Below, piece by piece: positions 1 to 7,866 of a stretch of DNA of 64,000 nucleotides (position 1 is the first letter of the stretch; every line of letters starts with the position of its first letter). This stretch comes from Anaeromyxobacteraceae bacterium (GTDB lineage Bacteria > Myxococcota > Myxococcia > Myxococcales > Anaeromyxobacteraceae), in the NCBI GenBank assembly GCA_032654565.1, contig JAULAX010000009.1, positions 96,001 to 160,000 on the forward strand, given 5' to 3'. The position numbers were made by a program, and so were the translations under genes. Under the pieces are notes generated by a model. That model did not search any database. It worked only from the letters and a program-made list of their open reading frames with translations, and was not told where the DNA came from.

Positions 1-2470
1 GGGGAGGCCGCGCGCCGTCATCCTGGTGCCGGCCTCGCTGCGGGCCCAGTGGCGCGACGAGCTGCGCAACAAGTTCGGCCTCGACGCCGACGTCGTCGAC
101 GGCGACACCTGCCGGGCCGCCGAGAAAGCCGGGCTGCGCACCAACCCCTTCGACACCGGCGGCATCGTCATCGCCTCCCACCCCTTCGCCGCCATGCGCG
201 CCAACGAGCTGGAGCGGGTGGCCTGGGACGTGGCCATCATCGACGAGGCCCACCGGCTGCGGAACGCCTACCGCAAGGACCACCGCACCGGCCAGGCGCT
301 GCGCCGCGGCCTGCGCAAGTGCCCCAAGCTGCTGCTCACCGCCACCCCGCTGCAGAACGACCTGATGGAGCTGCTCGGGCTGGCCTCCTTCATCGACGAC
401 GCGCTGCTCGGCAGCGAGGACGCCTTCCGGCTCCAGTACGCCACCGGCGAGCTCACCGAGGAGAAGGCCGACGACCTGAAGGCCCGGCTGGCCCCGGTGG
501 TGATCCGCACCCTGCGCCGCCAGGTCCGGGAGTACGTGAAGTTCACCGCCCGCCGCTCCATCGTCGAGGACTTCGCCCCCTCCGCCGAGGAGCAGGCCCT
601 CTACGACCGGGTCTCCGACTACCTGCGGCGCGAGGACACCCACGCCATCCCCCTGGCGCGGCGGGCCCTCTTCATCCTGGTCTACCGCAAGATCCTCGCC
701 TCCTCCTCCTTCGCCCTGGCCGGCACGCTGGAGCGGCTGGCCGACTCGCTCGACGAGAAGCTGGCCGGCGCCGAGTGCTCGGCCCAGGCCGACCTGGCGC
801 TCGACCTCGACGGCTTCGACGACGAGCTGGAGGAGCTCTTCGACGACGACGCCCCGCCGCGGACCCGCAGCTCGGCCACGGTCCGGCAGATGACCAGCGA
901 GCTCTCCGAGCTGCGCGAGTGCGCCCGGATGGCGCGCGGCATCAAGCGCAACGCCAAGGGGGACGCCCTGGTTCGCGGCCTGGACCGCTGCTTCACGGTG
1001 GCCAAGGCCTGCGGCTGGCCGGAGAAGGCGGTGATCTTCACCGAGTTCCGCCGCACCCAGGACCACCTCGCCCAGGTGCTGCGCTCGCGCGGCTACCTGG
1101 TCACCTGCCTCTCCGGCGACGTCTCCGGCACCGAGAAGCGGGCGGCGCTGGTGGAGGAGTTCCGCGGCCGCTCGCAGATCCTGCTGATGACCGAGGCCGG
1201 GGCCGAGGGGCTCAACCTCCAGTTCTGCAACCTGGTGGTCAACTTCGACCTGCCCTGGAACCCGCAGCGGCTGGAGCAGCGCATCGGCCGCTGCCACCGC
1301 TACGGCCAGCAGCGCGACGTGCTGGTCCTGAACTTCCTCAACCGGGCCAACGCCGCCGACGCCCGGCTCTACGACCTGCTCTCGCAGAAGCTGGCGCTCT
1401 TCGACGGCGTCTTCGGCTCCTCCGACGAGATCCTGGGCGCGCTGGGCAGCGGCATCGACTTCGAGAAGCGGGTGCTCGACATCTACCAGTCCTGCCGCTC
1501 CGCCGACGAGATCGACAAGGCCTTCACCACGCTGCGCGCCGACCTGGACGGCCGCATCACCGCCCGCTTCAGCGCCGCCCGCACCCTGCTCTTCGAGCGC
1601 TTCGACGGCGAGGTGCGTGGCCGGCTGCGGGTGGCCGAGGCCGACGCCAGGGAGGCGGTGGCCAGGCGCGACGCCGAGGAGGACGCCCTGCTGGAGGCGG
1701 CCTTCGAGGGCGAGGCCCGGCCGCCCGACCTGCTCCCCGAGCCGGGGGCGGGGCGCTCCCGCACCAAGCGGGCCAGGCTGCTCAAGGTGGCGGCCGACAA
1801 GGTCAAGGCCCGGCCGCAGGACGCCGTGGCCATGCTCGACCTGCGCTCCAGCCGGCTGCCGGCCCGGCTCGGCAAGCTGGCCGGGCGCGAGGGCTGGTGG
1901 TTCGCCTACAAGTTCTCCATCGACGCCCTGGTCTCGGAGGAGCGGGTGGTCCACCTGGTGCTCTGGCACGACGGCGAGCGCTTCCACGCCCTGCCCATCG
2001 ACGAGGCCGCCGAGCTGGCCGCCCTGCCGGCCGAGGAGGCCCGCGGCGGGCCGCGCGGCGCCACCGTCCCCATCGGCGCCACCCAGGAGGAGGCGCTGGC
2101 GGCCATCCAGGTCCAGCTGCTCGGCGCCGTGCAGGAGCGCTCCGGCGCCGCCTTCGACGAGTCGCGGGAGCGCTGGGACCGGAGCGTGGAGGACACGCTG
2201 CTGACGGCGCGGGCCGGGGTGGAGACGGCGCGGCAGGCCTGGCAGCGCGCCCGCGGGGCCCTGCACGACAAGGGCGACCTGCCGCTGCGGGACCGGCGCG
2301 GCCTGCTGGAGCGGGCCGAGCGCGAGTACCGGCGCAAGCTCGACGAGCTGCGGGCCACCGAGGCGCAGCGCTACGCCGAGCGCGACCGCGCCGTGACCGA
2401 GCTGAAGCGCAAGGCCGAGCCGAAGGAGCGCCGCACCCTGGTGGCGACCGCGTACTGGCGGTGTATCTAA
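1..2470 (+). CDS. SNF2/RapA-like superfamily 2 helicase (5' end lies outside the window)
   Basis: The frame is open from position 2 (GRPRAVILVPASL). Motifs: IIDEAH (II), LLTATPLQN (III), TEAGAEGLNLQ (V), QRIGRCHRYGQ (VI). Coiled-coil-like C-terminus. Walker A is missing because the gene starts upstream. Confidence 0.9.
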   Translation, partial: GRPRAVILVPASLRAQWRDELRNKFGLDADVVDGDTCRAAEKAGLRTNPFDTGGIVIASHPFAAMRANELERVAWDVAIIDEAHRLRNAYRKDHRTGQALRRGLRKCPKLLLTATPLQNDLMELLGLASFIDDALLGSEDAFRLQYATGELTEEKADDLKARLAPVVIRTLRRQVREYVKFTARRSIVEDFAPSAEEQALYDRVSDYLRREDTHAIPLARRALFILVYRKILASSSFALAGTLERLADSLDEKLAGAECSAQADLALDLDGFDDELEELFDDDAPPRTRSSATVRQMTSELSELRECARMARGIKRNAKGDALVRGLDRCFTVAKACGWPEKAVIFTEFRRTQDHLAQVLRSRGYLVTCLSGDVSGTEKRAALVEEFRGRSQILLMTEAGAEGLNLQFCNLVVNFDLPWNPQRLEQRIGRCHRYGQQRDVLVLNFLNRANAADARLYDLLSQKLALFDGVFGSSDEILGALGSGIDFEKRVLDIYQSCRSADEIDKAFTTLRADLDGRITARFSAARTLLFERFDGEVRGRLRVAEADAREAVARRDAEEDALLEAAFEGEARPPDLLPEPGAGRSRTKRARLLKVAADKVKARPQDAVAMLDLRSSRLPARLGKLAGREGWWFAYKFSIDALVSEERVVHLVLWHDGERFHALPIDEAAELAALPAEEARGGPRGATVPIGATQEEALAAIQVQLLGAVQERSGAAFDESRERWDRSVEDTLLTARAGVETARQAWQRARGALHDKGDLPLRDRRGLLERAEREYRRKLDELRATEAQRYAERDRAVTELKRKAEPKERRTLVATAYWRCI

Positions 2471-2472
2471 TC

Positions 2473-2492
2473 GGGCGCGCTTCAGCGCGCCC
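2473..2492 (+). terminator. GC-rich stem-loop after the helicase stop
   Basis: GGGCGCGC-TTCA-GCGCGCCC, 8-bp stem; no clear U-tract. Confidence 0.45.
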
Positions 2493-2619
2493 AGGCTTCT
2501 AGCCAGGATTCCTGGTCCCGTATCTCGCGAACCTTCACAGCCAACGGTCGCTTCCCTCTGCCCCGGCACCTCTCTGCCCCGGCTCCCCCCTTCCCCGGCA
2601 GCCCGTGTAACCTCCCCGC

Positions 2620-3006
2620 ATGCCCATCGTCCACGTCCACGTGGCCCGCGGCCGGCCGGCCGCCGAGCGCCATGCCATCCTCGACGGCGTCCACGCCGCG
2701 CTGGTGGAGGCCTTCCGGATTCCAGAGCACGACCGGAACCAGATCCTGCACGAGCACGAGCCGGAGCACTTCGAGTCGGGAAAGGGGCCCGGATTCACGC
2801 TGGTGGAGGCCACCGTCTTCCCGGGGCGCAGCGACGACGCCAAGCGGAAGCTCTACGCGGCCGTGGTGCGCAACCTCCAGGCCGCGCCCGGCATCCCGCC
2901 CGGGCAGGTGCTGATCGTGCTCCACGAGCCCCCGCTCGCCAACTGGGGGATCCGCGGCGGTCGGTCGGGACTCGACGTCGAGTTCGGGTTCAAGCTGGAC
3001 GTCTGA
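2620..3006 (+). CDS. Tautomerase family protein (4-OT/MSAD-like)
   Basis: N-terminal Met-Pro (catalytic Pro1), GRS..AKRKLY and NWGIRGG motifs, 128 aa. Confidence 0.85.
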   Translation: MPIVHVHVARGRPAAERHAILDGVHAALVEAFRIPEHDRNQILHEHEPEHFESGKGPGFTLVEATVFPGRSDDAKRKLYAAVVRNLQAAPGIPPGQVLIVLHEPPLANWGIRGGRSGLDVEFGFKLDV

Positions 3007-3008
3007 AC

Positions 3009-3028
3009 GGGCGGCCCTCGGGCCGCCC
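3009..3028. terminator. Stem-loop between convergent tautomerase and HNH genes
   Basis: GGGCGGCC-CTCG-GGCCGCCC, 8-bp stem. Confidence 0.45.
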
Positions 3029-3040
3029 AGGTCTCAGGCC

Positions 3041-4234
3041 TCAACTTCGCGCCCCGCCGCCGAGGTACCTCCCCATCACCCGCTCACCAAACGCCTGGCG
3101 AGCGGCCAGCCGGTTGTGCGTGGCGCAGGTCAGGCGGAGGTTGGCCTCCGTCTCGCCTCCCCACTCCGCCCACGGGACGACGTGGTCGAGTTCCAGCCGG
3201 TGAGTCGAGCCGCAGACGCCGCCGCCATCAAGCGGCCAGCAGCAGCGACCCCCGTCACGTTGCCAGACGGCGCGCTTCACCGCGGCCGGGATGGCTTCGC
3301 GCGGGCCGTCTCTCCGGTGAGGCGGCGGCTCCATCGCAGTTGGGGACGGGGTCGGCACGCTTGCCCTCGGCCGCTTCACCAGCGCCCGAGCCCTGGCCTG
3401 CTTCTCCAGCAGCAGGTCGAGCGCCACCTCCAGAACCTGCTCCATCGTGGCGCCCGGGATAGCGTGGGAGAGGCCATCGCGAGCGGCCTCAAGCTTCTGA
3501 ACCACGCGCTTTCCGACGTTGAAGTGGACCCGGCGAATGTCGGCCGTGAGCGGCACGATCTCGTCGCGCCTGGCGGCGAGCCGGTCGCCTCCCCCGTCAG
3601 CGCCTCCCCCATTCGCGAGTCCCGACGTCGGGATTCGCGAAAGAGGGACCACGTTCGGGTCCGCATCGTCCGGCGGCGCCGGGGCGAGCGAGAGCAGCGG
3701 CAGTGCCGTGCTGGCCGTGGACGACTCCGACCGGCTCTGCGGTCCAGTCACCACCATCCTGGTGCCTGGAACCGGGCGCGGCTGGATCTCGGCAACCAAC
3801 TCCTGCGCCTCGCGTGACGAGAGGCCGAAGAAGCGCGGCGTGACGACCGCCCGGTTCTCTTCGGTCAGCACCTTGGCCAGCTCACCGACGGTGGAGAGGC
3901 AGAGCTTGCCAGCTCGAAGCGGCTCGATGACGTCCGGGAAGCGCAGGAGCAGCTCGGCGGCGCTCCGCCGGTAATAGGCGGCGCTCCGCGAGAGCCGGAG
4001 GTCTGCGACGAGGAACGCGAAGAGGCCTGCATGCCCGAGCGCCTCCCAGCCGCGGCGCCGGTCGAAGTCGGCCAGGGCGACCAGGAAGTTGGCCATCGCC
4101 GACTGCTCGGTTCGGAGCAGGGACTTGAGTGCGTCGCGCTGCCGCCGTGCTTCCAGGAGTTCGAGGGGACGGCTGGCCGGAGCGTGTGCGTGCGCCGCGG
4201 CCGAGGAAAGGGTCGGTTGCGCGTGGTTGATCAT
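3041..4234 (-). CDS. HNH endonuclease domain protein (helical DUF222-like N-terminus, low-complexity linker, C-terminal Zn-HNH)
   Basis: IPAAVKRAVWQRDGGRCCW...CGSTHRLELDHVVP...GG...NLRLTCATHN HNH signature. Visibly more A/T at third codon positions than neighbouring genes. Confidence 0.85.
   Translation of the reverse strand: MINHAQPTLSSAAAHAHAPASRPLELLEARRQRDALKSLLRTEQSAMANFLVALADFDRRRGWEALGHAGLFAFLVADLRLSRSAAYYRRSAAELLLRFPDVIEPLRAGKLCLSTVGELAKVLTEENRAVVTPRFFGLSSREAQELVAEIQPRPVPGTRMVVTGPQSRSESSTASTALPLLSLAPAPPDDADPNVVPLSRIPTSGLANGGGADGGGDRLAARRDEIVPLTADIRRVHFNVGKRVVQKLEAARDGLSHAIPGATMEQVLEVALDLLLEKQARARALVKRPRASVPTPSPTAMEPPPHRRDGPREAIPAAVKRAVWQRDGGRCCWPLDGGGVCGSTHRLELDHVVPWAEWGGETEANLRLTCATHNRLAARQAFGERVMGRYLGGGARS
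3604..3660. repeat. 57-bp dispersed repeat with 30-bp palindromic core, copy 1 (inside the HNH gene)
   Basis: Core 3612-3641 TTCGCGAGTCCCGACGTCGGGATTCGCGAA. The reverse complement matches 52377-52433 at 52/57 positions without gaps. Confidence 0.9.
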
Positions 4235-4240
4235 TCACGC

Positions 4241-4262
4241 AGCGTCTCATGCGGGTCTGACA
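4241..4262 (-). promoter_or_regulatory. Putative promoter with PafBC/RecA-NDp-like layout (leaderless)
   Basis: TGTCAG-acccgcatga-GACGCT, then 6 nt to the ATG at 4234. Confidence 0.45.
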
Positions 4263-4331
4263 TTTTCGGAGTCCCGAGGACGCATGGAACCCAAGAGGGA
4301 CAGGGTCTTGGTGACAAACGCACCCGAATCC

Positions 4332-4624
4332 GAAGGCGCCGCCGCAGGGACCGGTGGGCGGGACGCGACGGCCCGCTGCGGAGCGGCGCCGGGCTGTGCA
4401 GCGTCCGCCTCGGTGCGCCCTCCTGCCGTGTGCGCGGCGAAGCCTGTCTGAGCTCCGCGCCGCGAAGCGATCGCGGAGCGAGTTCTGCAGCCGCGCCCGT
4501 CAGGTCCCTGCGCCGCGCGCCGAGGCCTTCGCTCCCCGCGGCGCGGCGCGCAGCACAGGGCCGGAGCGGACCCGTCCCGCCGGGACCGAGAGGCCGGCGC
4601 CGTCACGCGGAAGGCGCCGCCGCA
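4332..4624. mobile_element. Structured non-coding element (MITE-like or ncRNA) bounded by 15-bp direct repeats
   Basis: GAAGGCGCCGCCGCA at 4332-4346 and 4610-4624. Nested inverted repeats across 4357-4581. Confidence 0.5.
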
Positions 4625-4674
4625 ACTAGGGCCCACCCCGTCCACCGCCCCGATTGGGCTATCCTCCTCACCCC

Positions 4675-6408
4675 ATGCACCTCTCCTCCTCCCGCCTCGC
4701 CTTCGCCGCCGCCCTGCTCGCGCTCGCCCCGGCCGCCGCCGTCCCCTGCACCAGCGCGCTGGTCACCCGCGGCGCCACCACCGACGGCTCCACCTTCCTC
4801 ACCTACCTGGCCGACTCGCACACCCTCTACGGAGAGCTCTACTTCCGCGCCGCCGGCCGGCACCTCCCCGGCGCGCTGCGCGAGATCATCGAGTGGGACA
4901 CCGGCAAGCGGCTCGGCGCCATCCCCGAGGCGCCGGTCACCTACACCCGGGTCGGCAACATCAACGAGCACCAGGTGGCCATCGGCGAGTCCACCTTCAC
5001 CGGCCGCAAGGAGGTGCGCGGCCCGTCCGGCCTCCTCGACTACGGCTCGCTCATGTACATCGCCCTGGAGCGGGCCCGCACCGCCCGGGAGGCGGTCGCC
5101 GTCATCACCGGCCTGGTGGCCGAGCACGGCTACGCCTCGACCGGCGAGTCGATCTCCATCTCCGACCCCACCGAGGCCTGGCTGCTGGAGATCGTCGGCA
5201 AGGGGGAGGGGAAGAAGGGGGCGGTCTGGGTGGCGCGCCGGGTGCCGGACGGCTTCCTCACCGCCCACGCCAACGCCGCCCGCATCCGCACCTTCCCGCT
5301 CAAGGACAAGGAGACCCTCTACGCCCCCGACGTCATCAGCTTCGCCCGCGAGCAGGGCTGGTTCAGCGGCAAGGACGAGGCCTTCAGCTTCGCCGACACC
5401 TACAACCCCGACGACTTCGGCAAGCGCCGCTTCTGCGACGCCCGGGTCTGGAGCGTCTTCCGGCGCGCCGCGCCGTCGGCGAACCTGCCCGAGGCGATGA
5501 TCCTCGGCGATCCCGCCGCCCCGCCCCTGCCGCTCTGGGTGAAGGTGGACCGGAAGCTGGGCGCCCAGGACGTCATGGCGCTGATGCGCGACCACTTCGA
5601 GGGGACCTCGCTCGACATGACCGGCGACGTGGGGGCCGGCCCGTACGCCCTCCCCTACCGCTGGCGCCCCATGACCTTCAAGGTGGACGGCAAGGAGTAC
5701 CTGAACGAGCGGGCCATCTCGACGCAGCAGACCGGCTTCTCCCTGGTGGCCCAGGCCCGGGCCTGGCTGCCCGGCCCCATCGGCGGCGTGCTCTGGTTCG
5801 GCGTCGACGACACCGCCAGCACCGTCTACGTGCCGCTCTACGCCGGGCTGCGCGTGCCGCCCCGCCCCTTCGCCGTCGGCACCGGCGACTTCACCCACTT
5901 CACCTGGGACTCGGCCTTCTGGACCTTCAACGCCGTGGCCAACTTCACCTACTCCCGCTACGCCGACATGATCGTCGACGTGCGCCGGGCCCAGGGCGAG
6001 CTGGAGGGCGGCTACGCCGCCAGGCAGGCCGACGTCGAGCAGGCGGCGCTGGCGCTCTGGAAGACCTCGCCGGAGCAGGCCCGCGCCTTCCTCACCGACT
6101 ACTCGGCGCAGGCCTCGGAGGCGGCGCTGGCGCGCTGGAAGGCGCTCTTCGCCGAGCTGATGGTCAAGTACCTCGACGGCAACGTCCGCGACGCCCAGGG
6201 GAAGGTGACCCACCCGGCGGCGCCCGAGGCCTGGCGGCGGCGCATCGCGCAGGAGGCCGGGGTCCGGCTGCTGATGCCGGCCAGGCCCGAGGCGCCGGCG
6301 GCCCCGACCGCGGCTCCTGCGGGCGGGCCGGCTCCGGCCAGGTCTCCGGGCCCGACGCCCGCGCCGGTCACGCCGAGCGGAGCGTCAGCGCCTTCGGCAA
6401 GACCGTGA
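4675..6408 (+). CDS. C69 family dipeptidase (Ntn-hydrolase), secreted
   Basis: Signal peptide followed by CTS nucleophile (CTSALVTRGATTDGS), INEHQVAIGESTF and ERAIS motifs. ATG at 4675 preferred over the TTG at 4654. Confidence 0.9.
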   Translation: MHLSSSRLAFAAALLALAPAAAVPCTSALVTRGATTDGSTFLTYLADSHTLYGELYFRAAGRHLPGALREIIEWDTGKRLGAIPEAPVTYTRVGNINEHQVAIGESTFTGRKEVRGPSGLLDYGSLMYIALERARTAREAVAVITGLVAEHGYASTGESISISDPTEAWLLEIVGKGEGKKGAVWVARRVPDGFLTAHANAARIRTFPLKDKETLYAPDVISFAREQGWFSGKDEAFSFADTYNPDDFGKRRFCDARVWSVFRRAAPSANLPEAMILGDPAAPPLPLWVKVDRKLGAQDVMALMRDHFEGTSLDMTGDVGAGPYALPYRWRPMTFKVDGKEYLNERAISTQQTGFSLVAQARAWLPGPIGGVLWFGVDDTASTVYVPLYAGLRVPPRPFAVGTGDFTHFTWDSAFWTFNAVANFTYSRYADMIVDVRRAQGELEGGYAARQADVEQAALALWKTSPEQARAFLTDYSAQASEAALARWKALFAELMVKYLDGNVRDAQGKVTHPAAPEAWRRRIAQEAGVRLLMPARPEAPAAPTAAPAGGPAPARSPGPTPAPVTPSGASAPSARP

Positions 6409-7282
6409 AGCGGGCCGGCAGCCCGCCGGGCTGCTCGCCGTCCACCTCGAGCATCACCCGGGCCCCGCCCACCGGCTCGACCTCGATCTCGCGGCCGCGC
6501 AGCACCCGGGTCTTGGGGAGCTGCACGTGGCGGCCGTCGTAGAGCTTGGGCTGCTGCACCACGAAGTCGACCACGTTGTAACCCTTCCAGACGGTGACCT
6601 CGAAGATCCCGTCGTCGAACTTCGCGCCCGGCGCCACCATGATGCCGCCGCCGAAGAAGCGGCCATTGCAGACCGAGAGGGCGGTGACCTCGTCCTCCAC
6701 CCAGGGGCCGCCGTCCACCCGCCAGCGGATGGCCTGGTCGCGCCAGCCGAGCAGGGCCCGGGCCGAGGCCAGCTTGAAGGCGATGGGCCCGCCCAGCGCC
6801 TTGATCCCGGTGTTGACGTTGTTCGCCACCACCGCGGTGATGCCGCAGCTGGCCACGTTGCAGAAGTGACGGACGCCCGGCCGGCCGTCGAGGCCGGTGA
6901 ACTCGATCCGGCCCAGGTCCACCTGCCTCCGCCCCGTCGCCACCAGCTGTCGCGCCGCACCCGCGACGTCGGAGGGGATGCCCAGGCTGCGCCGGAAGTC
7001 GCCGCCGCTGCCGCGCGGGATGAAGCCGAACTCGCCCAGGTAGCCGCCGCTCAGCAGGCCGTCCAGGACCTCGGAGGCGGTGCCGTCGCCCCCCACCGCC
7101 ACCACCAGCCGCCGCCCGGCCTCGACCGCCTGCCGGCCCAGCGCCGCGCCGTCTCCCACCGCGCGCGTCAACAGGGTCTCGAACTCGCCCAGCGACTCCC
7201 GCACGTGGCGGGCGATCGACTCGAGGTTGCGGCCGGTGGCGCCGTTGGCGGAGGCGGGGTTGACGATGAGGAGCGGCTTCAA
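6368..7282 (-). CDS. Diacylglycerol/lipid kinase, YegS/BmrU family
   Basis: IVNPAS, VGGDGT, PRGSGGDF, NGRFFGGG and EVDGE motifs. Confidence 0.9.
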   Translation of the reverse strand: MKPLLIVNPASANGATGRNLESIARHVRESLGEFETLLTRAVGDGAALGRQAVEAGRRLVVAVGGDGTASEVLDGLLSGGYLGEFGFIPRGSGGDFRRSLGIPSDVAGAARQLVATGRRQVDLGRIEFTGLDGRPGVRHFCNVASCGITAVVANNVNTGIKALGGPIAFKLASARALLGWRDQAIRWRVDGGPWVEDEVTALSVCNGRFFGGGIMVAPGAKFDDGIFEVTVWKGYNVVDFVVQQPKLYDGRHVQLPKTRVLRGREIEVEPVGGARVMLEVDGEQPGGLPARFTVLPKALTLRSA

Positions 7283-7412
7283 GGGAGGGCAGGATACCCC
7301 ACGTCCGCGGCCGGACGCCGCACCTCCCGTCCGGGGAGCGTTTTTTGCGACGCGCTGCGGCAGCGCGGTCCCCTGCGGCTCCGATCAGCGCGCCGGGCGA
7401 CGCGGGCGGCCA

Positions 7413-7850
7413 TCACCCCTGGCCGGCGGCGCCCTTCCTGGCCGCCGCGGACCTGGCGGCGAGGTGGCCCACCACCCGGCCGATGGGCACGCCGGTCGGG
7501 CAGACCGCCTTGCAGCCGGCGCAGGCCTGGCAGGCGTCGAGCAGGTCGCGCGCCCCGGCCAGGTCACCGCCGGTCCGCCCCACCAGCCGGAAGGCGGCCG
7601 GCAGGCCGAGCGCGCGCAGGGACGGCGCCGTCGCCGCCAGGTGGCAGCAGGCCTCGCAGAGGCCGCAGCCGGTGCAGCGTGAGGCCAGCAGCGACACCTC
7701 CCGATCGACGGCGCTGGTCGGCGCCAGCCGGTCCTCGGCGAAGATGGCCTGGAACCGGTCGAACCCGGCGCCGCGCTGGAAGAGCCGCTTGAGCGGCTCG
7801 ACCAGGACGGCCCGCCAGGCGAGGTAGACGAGGGCGTGGAGGCTGGGCAC
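7413..7850 (-). CDS. Small 2x[4Fe-4S] ferredoxin-like protein
   Basis: CTGCGLCEAC and CQACAGCKAVCP motifs; directly downstream of glpB. Confidence 0.75.
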   Translation of the reverse strand: MPSLHALVYLAWRAVLVEPLKRLFQRGAGFDRFQAIFAEDRLAPTSAVDREVSLLASRCTGCGLCEACCHLAATAPSLRALGLPAAFRLVGRTGGDLAGARDLLDACQACAGCKAVCPTGVPIGRVVGHLAARSAAARKGAAGQG

Positions 7851-7866
7851 CGGTCCGCTCCCTCCC

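Noticed and set aside
2511..2599. Half-copy resemblance to the 57-bp element (CCTGGTCCCGTATCTCGCGAA) and short CTCTGCCCCGGC repeats
   Set aside because: Too short and gapped to exceed chance in GC-rich DNA.
3041..4234. HNH protein as IscB/Cas9-like (HEARO/OMEGA) nuclease
   Set aside because: No PLMP or split RuvC motifs are recognisable; the HNH is C-terminal in a different architecture.
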